In this document: positions 14,897 to 21,656 of the stretch, one piece after another
How positions within the stretch are numbered: the first letter of the stretch is position 1
Layout of the letters: each line of letters opens with the position of its first letter
Source of the DNA: a virus
Lineage: Duplodnaviria; Caudoviricetes
Length of the DNA: 27,430 bases
Reading direction: 5' to 3' (one strand)
Virus record (IMG/VR): IMGVR_UViG_3300042565_000430
Span: 1-27,430 of that record
Program-made: the position numbers and the translations under genes
The notes under the pieces: model-generated
Databases searched by the model: none
The model's input: the letters and a program-made list of their open reading frames with translations, nothing else
What the model was told of the DNA's origin: nothing

Positions 14897-15066
14897 CGCA
14901 TGGCGGGAAAAGAAAAGGTGCTGGAAGGCCGAGGGTCAATATATCTATTAGTCGGGTATATAAGTTATTTGACCAAGGATTAACCACAAGAGAAGTTGCA
15001 AAGATATTTGAAGTTAGTCACATGACAATTAGTAGATTAATTAAAAGGAGAACGAGAAATGATTAA
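14893..15066 (+). CDS. Stand-alone Hin-type HTH DNA-binding protein, 57 aa
   Basis: MTHGGKRKGAGRPRVNISISRVYKLFDQGLTTREVAKIFEVSHMTISRLIKRRTRND*; ATGA-coupled. Not in the ORF track. Confidence 0.75.
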   Translation: MTHGGKRKGAGRPRVNISISRVYKLFDQGLTTREVAKIFEVSHMTISRLIKRRTRND

Positions 15067-15274
15067 AGATATTTGGAATGAGTTGAGGCTGCTGATGCGG
15101 TCGGTGACACCGGCACAGGCGATTGCCGGCGAGTTGCTGGAGGCCGAGATGGCCTTGCTGCGTGCGGAGACGGGTGTGGAGTACGCACAGGCGCTGGTGA
15201 CGTACAACAAGAGCCGGATCAAGCGGCTGAAGGCGTATGTGGCCAGCACGGAAGAAGTGAAGGAGACAGCATGA
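15059..15274 (+). CDS. Hypothetical helical protein, 71 aa
   Basis: AAGGAG RBS; overlaps both neighbours. Confidence 0.7.
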   Translation: MIKDIWNELRLLMRSVTPAQAIAGELLEAEMALLRAETGVEYAQALVTYNKSRIKRLKAYVASTEEVKETA

Positions 15275-15471
15275 TTGACGAAACAGGCGGACCAGCGTTT
15301 CCGCTGGACAGAGACTGCTGCAATGTAGGCATGACCCTGCGCGACTACTTCGCGGCCAAGGCGATGGAGGCTTTGATTTTGGAGGTGGCTGATTGGAAGT
15401 ACATGCCAAATGAGATCGCCAATTTTGCATACGCACAAGCCGACGCCATGCTGAAAGCGAGGACGAAATGA
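15271..15471 (+). CDS. Conserved phage hypothetical protein (GGPAFP...GMTLRDYFAAKA family), 66 aa
   Basis: Recognisable motif common in phage early regions; AAGGAG RBS and ATGA overlap. Confidence 0.8.
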   Translation: MIDETGGPAFPLDRDCCNVGMTLRDYFAAKAMEALILEVADWKYMPNEIANFAYAQADAMLKARTK

Positions 15472-15725
15472 CAAGACATTGCGACACGGGCCGCATCGAC
15501 TGCCCGCATCTGCCTCAGTGCATCTGGGACTGCAAGTACGACACCGCTGTTGTCGAGCGCCGAAAGGTCAAGGCGTACCCGATTGTCCCCGAGGACATCA
15601 AGCCTGTACCCGAAGCATGGCAGACCGTTGGCACGGCGATGCTGACCGCGATCATGGGTGTGCTGGCGGTGATCTGCTTGGCACTGTTCTTTACTGGCGT
15701 TTGGATTTGGAGCTTGCTGATATGA
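15468..15725 (+). CDS. Hypothetical protein with Cys cluster and C-terminal TM helix, 85 aa
   Basis: GAGGA RBS, ATGA overlaps, hydrophobic C-terminus. Confidence 0.65.
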   Translation: MTRHCDTGRIDCPHLPQCIWDCKYDTAVVERRKVKAYPIVPEDIKPVPEAWQTVGTAMLTAIMGVLAVICLALFFTGVWIWSLLI

Positions 15726-15886
15726 CTACAGAATACGCACCACCCGCAGCCGTCATTGAGCATTGGAAGCGCAGGATAGAAGAGTTCAAGATCAAGTTGG
15801 AAGCAGAGCCTGACGACAAGATTGCAGCCTTCTGGCTGTCCTGCTACGAGGGTTACGTGGCGCATTTTGCAAAGGATGAGAAATGA
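15722..15886 (+). CDS. Hypothetical protein, 54 aa
   Basis: MTTEYAPP...AKDEK; GGAG RBS, ATGA overlaps on both sides. Confidence 0.6.
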   Translation: MTTEYAPPAAVIEHWKRRIEEFKIKLEAEPDDKIAAFWLSCYEGYVAHFAKDEK

Positions 15887-16038
15887 CCAAGCTAGACGCA
15901 CTGCGCATTCTCAAGCTGCTGTCGGCACTTGAGTCTTGGGCATACAGCACGAAGAACCCTTTGCCCGCTTCTATCAGTGATGATTTGCTTACAGCGAATG
16001 CTGTGTTGGAGGAGATGATTTTGGGGGGCAGCAAATGA
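15883..16038 (+). CDS. Hypothetical protein, 51 aa
   Basis: MTKLDALRILKLLSALESW...LGGSK; ATGA overlaps on both sides. Not in the ORF track. Confidence 0.6.
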   Translation: MTKLDALRILKLLSALESWAYSTKNPLPASISDDLLTANAVLEEMILGGSK

Positions 16039-16214
16039 ACACATACGACACAGGAAGTCTCAAGATACGCACCCCGCCCCCGCCTGTTGGCGGCTACCGC
16101 ATGGGTGACGAGGCCGATGGCGGGTGGATTATTTTTAACTTGCCGAAGAAGCCCTGCTGGGCGCACCGCATGGGTGTGCGTCTGGTGCTGGGTTGGAAGT
16201 GGGTGGACGCATGA
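16035..16214 (+). CDS. Hypothetical protein, 59 aa
   Basis: MNTYDTG...KKPCWAHRMGVRLVLGWKWVDA; ATGA overlaps on both sides. Not in the ORF track. Confidence 0.6.
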   Translation: MNTYDTGSLKIRTPPPPVGGYRMGDEADGGWIIFNLPKKPCWAHRMGVRLVLGWKWVDA

Positions 16215-16498
16215 ACAAAGAAGACATCATCCGCATGGCGCGGGAGGTAAACAATGGAAAAGTCCGAGTATGGGAAGACTGTCATTTGCTCTATCCCGAT
16301 GAGCTTGAGCGCTTTGCCGAGCTTGTCGAAGAAGCAGCCACAGAAGCCGCCAACGCCCGAGCCAACACCTCGTGGTCGTTGATGTGCAAGAAGATGGTGG
16401 CCGCTGAGAACGAGGCGTGTGCGAAGGCGGTTGACCACATCCTGAAAGAAGGCGGCGGCACATGGGGTGACGCCATACGAGCAAGGGGGAACACATGA
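16211..16498 (+). CDS. Conserved phage hypothetical protein, 95 aa
   Basis: MNKEDIIRMARE...LERFAELV...EACAK...AIRARG pattern; ATGA overlaps. Confidence 0.75.
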   Translation: MNKEDIIRMAREVNNGKVRVWEDCHLLYPDELERFAELVEEAATEAANARANTSWSLMCKKMVAAENEACAKAVDHILKEGGGTWGDAIRARGNT

Positions 16499-17151
16499 TT
16501 CAAATTGAACGAGAGAAGCTGGAGCAAGTGCTTGAGGCGCTGGAATCAGCATTAAGCGATGACCAGCCTTACATCGTCAAATGTGGCAAAGCCATCACCG
16601 CCATCGAAGAAGCCTTGGCACAGCCAGTGCAGGAGCCTACCTGCCCCGAATGCAAAGCAGCAGTGTTGTATGAGTGCGTAGCTTGCAGTAGCAACAACTA
16701 TCCACCTAAGCCAGTGCAAGAGCCTGTGGCGCGCACTGTTATTGCTGGTGCATTGTTTGACTTTATGGGCTACCTTACCTCGCGTAAAGAGCGCATCGTG
16801 TTGTCGGCTGCTGATGACGCAGCGCCAGCAGCAGATGCAATCATAGACTTTGCAACGAAACGAGGCTTGTCACTTGACGATGCACAGGTACGCGAATGGA
16901 TAGACGCATTGGCACAGCCAGAGGAGCGCAACTTCTGCCCAAGGTGCGGCAAGCGCACTGCTGATCTGATTACGATTCATACTTGCACACCGCCAATTGC
17001 AGCCGGCTCACAGGCTTTTTACGGATTTCCTAACGGGTCGGTAAGTACGCCAAACGCGGGCGGCAAATGCGTGACTGCTGGAGAGACAGCACCAGTCAAA
17101 GAGATCGACCCCAATCAATGGGCGTTTGACCGTGGGCTGGAGTCAACATGA
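16495..17151 (+). CDS. Mosaic hypothetical protein with QPxQEP linkers and two CxxC modules, 218 aa
   Basis: ALAQPVQEP / KPVQEPVA / ALAQPEE linkers; CPEC...CVAC and CPRC...HTC. Confidence 0.7.
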   Translation: MIQIEREKLEQVLEALESALSDDQPYIVKCGKAITAIEEALAQPVQEPTCPECKAAVLYECVACSSNNYPPKPVQEPVARTVIAGALFDFMGYLTSRKERIVLSAADDAAPAADAIIDFATKRGLSLDDAQVREWIDALAQPEERNFCPRCGKRTADLITIHTCTPPIAAGSQAFYGFPNGSVSTPNAGGKCVTAGETAPVKEIDPNQWAFDRGLEST

Positions 17152-17324
17152 GCGATGGTGGCAAGGGATCGGCCCTGAGGCCGCTGTCGGTCAGCCATGC
17201 AGACTACGCCAAGCGGTATGACGCAATATTTCGCAAGCCGATTTGCGAGTTGTGCCAGCGACAGATCAACGATGAATTCCACATTAAATACTGCAATGAA
17301 AAAGAAACCAATAACCCCGTTTGA
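17148..17324 (+). CDS. Hypothetical protein (MSDGGKGS family), 58 aa
   Basis: GGAG RBS and ATGA overlap; MSDGGKGSALRP...YDAIFRK followed by CELC. Not in the ORF track. Confidence 0.65.
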   Translation: MSDGGKGSALRPLSVSHADYAKRYDAIFRKPICELCQRQINDEFHIKYCNEKETNNPV

Positions 17325-17460
17325 CTGGATGGCGTACACGACTGAAGAAAAAATCAAAAGGGGCGAGATCAAGCCCGATACCTACTGGAGCGACTACAAC
17401 CGAAAAAGGCGTGAGCAGCGGGCCAGTATGAAGTCGCCCAAGGCGGTGGCGCATGGCTGA
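17296..17460 (+). CDS. Basic hypothetical protein, 54 aa
   Basis: MKKKPITPFDW...; fills the gap and overlaps both neighbours. Confidence 0.5.
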   Translation: MKKKPITPFDWMAYTTEEKIKRGEIKPDTYWSDYNRKRREQRASMKSPKAVAHG

Positions 17461-17674
17461 TGTGTACCTGCCGAGCAGCTTTAAGATGAACTCGACCAGC
17501 ACCGTGGCGGTGGCGACTGATGTCTACTGGATGCCGATTGACAAGGACACACCGCGCAGCGCAAAGTTGCAGCTACTGAGCATCGGCGGGGTGGCGCAGT
17601 ACGGGGTGCTGGGCAGCGACTCCAGCTTCTACACTCACTGGAGTCCACTGCCAAAGAAGCGCCCCAGCCTGTAA
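17453..17674 (+). CDS. Hypothetical protein, 73 aa
   Basis: WMPI..TP...THWSPLP motif resembling DUF551-type phage proteins. Confidence 0.65.
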   Translation: MADVYLPSSFKMNSTSTVAVATDVYWMPIDKDTPRSAKLQLLSIGGVAQYGVLGSDSSFYTHWSPLPKKRPSL

Positions 17675-17685
17675 AATTGACGCAT

Positions 17686-19095
17686 ATGATAAAAAAGAAT
17701 GTCTTTGCCGAGTGGGTTGAGCGATACCACAACGACCCCGTGCTGTTTGTCAAGGAGGTGCTGGGCGTAGACCCAGACCCGTGGCAAGAAAAGTTCTTGG
17801 GGGCGATTGCCCGTGGAGATCGAAAGATCAGCGTGCGATCTGGCCACGGGGTGGGCAAATCCACGGCAAGTTCATGGGCGATGCTGTGGTACTTTATGAC
17901 CCGCAGCCCTGTCAAGGTGGTGGTGACAGCGCCGACAAGTTCGCAGTTGTATGACGCCATGTTTGCGGAGTTAAAGCGCTGGATCAACGCAATGCCTGCG
18001 CCATTGCAGAGCCTGCTGACTGTCAAGCAGGAGAGGATTGAGTTCAACGCTGCGCCGACTGAGATGTTTATTTCGGCTCGGACAAGTCGGGCCGAGCAGC
18101 CCGAGGCATTGCAGGGAATTCACTCTGAGTATGTGATGCTGGTGGCCGATGAGGCATCAGGTGTGCCGGAGCAGGTCTTTGAGGCGGCTGCTGGATCGAT
18201 GTCTGGGCACAACGCTGTGACTTTGCTGCTGGGCAATCCGGTCAGGAGCAGCGGGTTTTTCTACGACACGCACACAAGGCTGGCGCAGGAGTGGACAACT
18301 TTCCAAGTGGCATGCACCGACTCGCCACGGGTGAGTGATGAGTATGTCAAAGAGATGGCCATGCGCTACGGCGAGGAAAGCAATGTCTACCGGATCAGGG
18401 TGATCGGGGAGTTTCCCAAAGGGGACGATGACACTGTCATCCCGATGGATCTGCTTGAGAGTGCGCTCCACAGGGATGTGGCGGCCAGCAAGTCAGCGCC
18501 AATGGTCTGGGGGCTGGATGTGGCGCGGTTTGGCTCGGACAGGTCAGCGCTGTGCAAGCGGCAGGGTAATGTGGTGACGGAAAGCATACGCACTTGGAAG
18601 AATCTGGACTTGATGCAGTTGACGGGGGCGGTGGTGGCCGAGTTCAATGCACTGGCCCCGAGTGAGCAGCCACGGGAGATTCTGGTGGACAGCATCGGTC
18701 TGGGCGCTGGGGTGGTTGACCGGCTGCGGGAGTTGGGTCTACCGGCGCGGGGGATCAATGTGTCAGAAAGCCCAGCTATGGGCGGAACTTATCGGAACTT
18801 GAAGGCCGAGCTTTGGTACAAGGCCAAAGCGTGGCTTGAGGCGCGGGACTGCAAACTGGCCAAGGATGATGTGCTGATCAGCGAGTTGGCCACAGTACGC
18901 TACACCTTCACATCAAGTGGCAAAATTGCCATTGAGGGCAAGGACGAGATCAAAAAGCGGGGTCTGCCGTCACCGGACAAGGCCGATGCCTTTGTTTTGA
19001 CCTTTGCCAGCGATGCCGTGGCAGGGATGTTTGGGTCGGCGGCCAGCAGCAAGTGGAGCCAGCCCCTGCGCCGAAACCTAGTTCGGGTTGCATAA
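17686..19095 (+). CDS. terL: Terminase large subunit, ~469 aa
   Basis: DPWQ, SGHGVGKS Walker A, LVADEASG Walker B, LLGNP, GLDVARFGSD, SPDKADA nuclease motifs. Start may be TTG17677 or ATG17686. Confidence 0.95.
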   Translation: MIKKNVFAEWVERYHNDPVLFVKEVLGVDPDPWQEKFLGAIARGDRKISVRSGHGVGKSTASSWAMLWYFMTRSPVKVVVTAPTSSQLYDAMFAELKRWINAMPAPLQSLLTVKQERIEFNAAPTEMFISARTSRAEQPEALQGIHSEYVMLVADEASGVPEQVFEAAAGSMSGHNAVTLLLGNPVRSSGFFYDTHTRLAQEWTTFQVACTDSPRVSDEYVKEMAMRYGEESNVYRIRVIGEFPKGDDDTVIPMDLLESALHRDVAASKSAPMVWGLDVARFGSDRSALCKRQGNVVTESIRTWKNLDLMQLTGAVVAEFNALAPSEQPREILVDSIGLGAGVVDRLRELGLPARGINVSESPAMGGTYRNLKAELWYKAKAWLEARDCKLAKDDVLISELATVRYTFTSSGKIAIEGKDEIKKRGLPSPDKADAFVLTFASDAVAGMFGSAASSKWSQPLRRNLVRVA

Positions 19096-19126
19096 TTGGG
19101 CATTCACAACCACACGGGGATTTGAC

Positions 19127-19441
19127 ATGAGTAAATTGACACGGGATGACAATGGGCAGGTGGCAACATTTGGCCGCCCAGGCGTAAGTCAGGTGATCAC
19201 AGTTGGAGCCACAAGCTCGCAGTCAAACGCTGTGGCTGCTGATTGCACCATTGTGCGTCTGGCTAATATAAATTCAGCGCCTTTATTCTTTGCGGTTGGT
19301 GCAAATCCAACGGCCACCATCACGACCAGCGCCATGCTGCCGGTCAATGCGGTGGAGTACATTGCGGTCAATGGCGGCGACAAGATTGCGGTGATTCGCG
19401 GCGCAACGGCCACTGACATTTGCATCACGCAAATCACCTAA
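19127..19441 (+). CDS. Small beta-rich virion-associated protein, paralog A, 104 aa
   Basis: GGGGA RBS; about 60% identical to the next gene by manual alignment. Confidence 0.75.
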   Translation: MSKLTRDDNGQVATFGRPGVSQVITVGATSSQSNAVAADCTIVRLANINSAPLFFAVGANPTATITTSAMLPVNAVEYIAVNGGDKIAVIRGATATDICITQIT

Positions 19442-19451
19442 AGGGGCCGAC

Positions 19452-19763
19452 ATGTCAAAACTCTCACGCGATGACAATGGCCAGCTCTGCAATTTTGGCC
19501 AATTTGGCACAAGCCAAGTAATCTCGGTAACATCAACAAGCCAGCAGTCAAATGCATTTGCCGCTGGAACTACTATTGTTCGACTGGCAAACACAAGCAC
19601 AGCACATTTGCACTATGAAGTTGGTGCAAACCCAACGGCCAGCAACGCCACATCGGAATGCTTGCCAATCAACACTGTGGAATACATTGAGGTCACTCCT
19701 GGCCACAAGATTGCTGTGGTGTGCGGCACGACCACCACATTCTCTGTCACTGAAATTGTTTAA
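19452..19763 (+). CDS. Small beta-rich virion-associated protein, paralog B, 103 aa
   Basis: AAGGGG RBS; tandem paralog of the previous gene. Confidence 0.75.
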   Translation: MSKLSRDDNGQLCNFGQFGTSQVISVTSTSQQSNAFAAGTTIVRLANTSTAHLHYEVGANPTASNATSECLPINTVEYIEVTPGHKIAVVCGTTTTFSVTEIV

Positions 19764-19773
19764 GGTGAAAGCT

Positions 19774-19965
19774 ATGAAAATGATGACTAAAGCGCAGAAG
19801 AAGGTCGGCAAGGTGATGGGCGAGTTCAAGTCAGGCAAGCTGACGAGCAGCGGCAAGCCGGTTAAGAATCCAAAGCAGGCGATTTCCATTGCGCTGTCAA
19901 CTGCCAAGCTGCCCATGCGCGGTAGCCGGACTGCAAAGAACATGAAAACAAAGGGGATGCGCTGA
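19774..19965 (+). CDS. Small basic protein, DUF6496-like, 63 aa
   Basis: KVGKVMGEFKSGKL.SS...VKNPKQAISIALS motif; AAGGTG RBS. Confidence 0.7.
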   Translation: MKMMTKAQKKVGKVMGEFKSGKLTSSGKPVKNPKQAISIALSTAKLPMRGSRTAKNMKTKGMR

Positions 19966-20477
19966 TGGCCACGATCAAAGAAACCATGACCCAACTGATG
20001 GGTGACGATGAGGCTGGCGAAAGCTGCCCAACGGCCACACAAGACATCACCATCAATTTGCGCAACAGGGCCAAGGCGATCAACAGCGCCAACTACGGCC
20101 CTGAGAATCCCGACCTGCCGAATACTGCTTTTTGGAAGAAAAAGGCAGACGAGTGGGAGGTCAGCATTGAGGATGCCAAGATGAGCCGGTGCGGTAACTG
20201 CGCGGCTTTTAATCAAGAGGAATCAATGCTCGACTGCATTGAAAAGGGCATTGGCGGCGAGGGTGATGCCGAGGAAGTTATTGAAAAAGGTGATCTGGGC
20301 TACTGCGAAATCTTTGATTTCAAGTGCGCGGCCAGCCGTACCTGCGATGCATGGGTCACTGACAGTGACGAGGATGAAGATGGCGATGAATACGAGGCAG
20401 GTGAGAACAGCGCGATGGAGGGTGAGGACATGGGTGGCAAGCCGATGCTGGTCATCAAGATTGGCGCAAAGAAATGA
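19965..20477 (+). CDS. Cys-rich acidic hypothetical protein, possible metal or Fe-S binding, 170 aa
   Basis: CGNCAAF...GYCEIFDFKCAASRTCDAW; TGATG overlap. Confidence 0.75.
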   Translation: MATIKETMTQLMGDDEAGESCPTATQDITINLRNRAKAINSANYGPENPDLPNTAFWKKKADEWEVSIEDAKMSRCGNCAAFNQEESMLDCIEKGIGGEGDAEEVIEKGDLGYCEIFDFKCAASRTCDAWVTDSDEDEDGDEYEAGENSAMEGEDMGGKPMLVIKIGAKK

Positions 20478-20629
20478 AAACTGGACTCTATGCCAACATC
20501 AACGCCAAACAGGCGCGTATCGCTGCTGGTTCCAAAGAGAAGATGAGGAAGCCTGGCAGCAAGGGCGCACCAAGCACTGCCGACTTTAAGGCAGCGGCCA
20601 AGACCGCCAAGCCAGTGAAGAAGAAATGA
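20474..20629 (+). CDS. Small Lys-rich protein (GLYANI family), 51 aa
   Basis: MKTGLYANINAKQARIAAGSKEKMRKPGSKGAPSTADFKAAAKTAKPVKKK*; ATGA overlaps on both sides. Not in the ORF track. Confidence 0.75.
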   Translation: MKTGLYANINAKQARIAAGSKEKMRKPGSKGAPSTADFKAAAKTAKPVKKK

Positions 20630-20922
20630 AGACCCCAGCTTGGCAGCGCAAAGCAGGGCAAAACCCCAAGGGGGGCTTGAACGCTGCTGGACGGGCCAGC
20701 CTGAAAGCCGCCGGCCAAGACATCAAGCCACCCGTCAAGGCTGGCGACAATCCGAGGCGTGCATCGTTCTTGGCACGCATGGGCAATATGCCTGGGCCTG
20801 AGATGAAGAACGGCGAGCCGACAAGGCTGCTGCTGAGTCTCAAGGCATGGGGCGCAAGCTCCAAGGCCGATGCCAAAAGTAAGGCGGCGGCAATCAGCGC
20901 CAGAAACAAAGCCAAGAAATGA
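20626..20922 (+). CDS. Small basic protein, DUF6321-like, 98 aa
   Basis: NPKGGLNAAGRAS...RRASFLARM...SLKAW motif. Confidence 0.75.
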   Translation: MKTPAWQRKAGQNPKGGLNAAGRASLKAAGQDIKPPVKAGDNPRRASFLARMGNMPGPEMKNGEPTRLLLSLKAWGASSKADAKSKAAAISARNKAKK

Positions 20923-21614
20923 TCAGTCCCATTGTGATTGCCACAGTCAGGGGGCATGGGCTGGCGGTGCTGCTGGAGTCGATCAAGCAATACGCGCCAG
21001 AGTGTCCGGTCTACCTGCGGGGGCCAGAGTCAGTGCTTGAGAACTTTGAGGCTGACTACAAAATCTATGGCCAGCCAAGGAACTTTGGCGATGACTACAA
21101 CGAGGTGATTGAGGCGGCGATGAAGGACTGGTCATCTTGTATCGTGGCCAACGATGACATTGTGCTGACGCCGACCAGCGTCAAAACCTTGATTGAGGAT
21201 GTGGCGATCATCAAGACCATGCACAGCGTCAAGGCTGGATGGGTTGCATCAAGGACTGATGCGGCGCGGCCTTGCCAAAATGTGAGGGTTACTGAGAAAC
21301 CCGAGAAGCTGAACTTTTACAAATTCCCGTCTGAGGCCCACATCAAGATGGCCGAGGAAGTCAGCCCGATATTCGCGTGGATCTCGGCTGAAGCATTTGA
21401 GGAGGCAAAGTTTCCCCCTCTGAATTGGTACAGTGACGATGTGCATTGTAGGGATTTGATCGAAAAAGGCTACTCGCATTTTGTGAGTGCCAGCTATGTC
21501 CACCACATCGGCAGCAACACGATTGGCTTTAATGCCCAAAAACTGCATGAGGACGCGCTGCCGTGGCTCATGGAGAATCGTCCAGAATATGCAAAGGCTT
21601 GGTTTGGCTTTTAA
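20919..21614 (+). CDS. GT-A fold (GT2-like) glycosyltransferase, 231 aa
   Basis: IVIAT N-terminal strand, NFGDDYN, ANDDIV (DxD-like), WYSDDVHC, YVHHIGSNT. Confidence 0.7.
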   Translation: MISPIVIATVRGHGLAVLLESIKQYAPECPVYLRGPESVLENFEADYKIYGQPRNFGDDYNEVIEAAMKDWSSCIVANDDIVLTPTSVKTLIEDVAIIKTMHSVKAGWVASRTDAARPCQNVRVTEKPEKLNFYKFPSEAHIKMAEEVSPIFAWISAEAFEEAKFPPLNWYSDDVHCRDLIEKGYSHFVSASYVHHIGSNTIGFNAQKLHEDALPWLMENRPEYAKAWFGF

Positions 21615-21656
21615 AGATTAAAATTCAAGCAATGCGGTTTACCTAAAGGCACAGCC

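Noticed and set aside
16087-16302. Track ORFs 16087-16302 and the 5' parts of 15479-15886 and 17197-17460
   Set aside because: A better tiling of ATGA-coupled short ORFs in other frames or with later starts explains the region.
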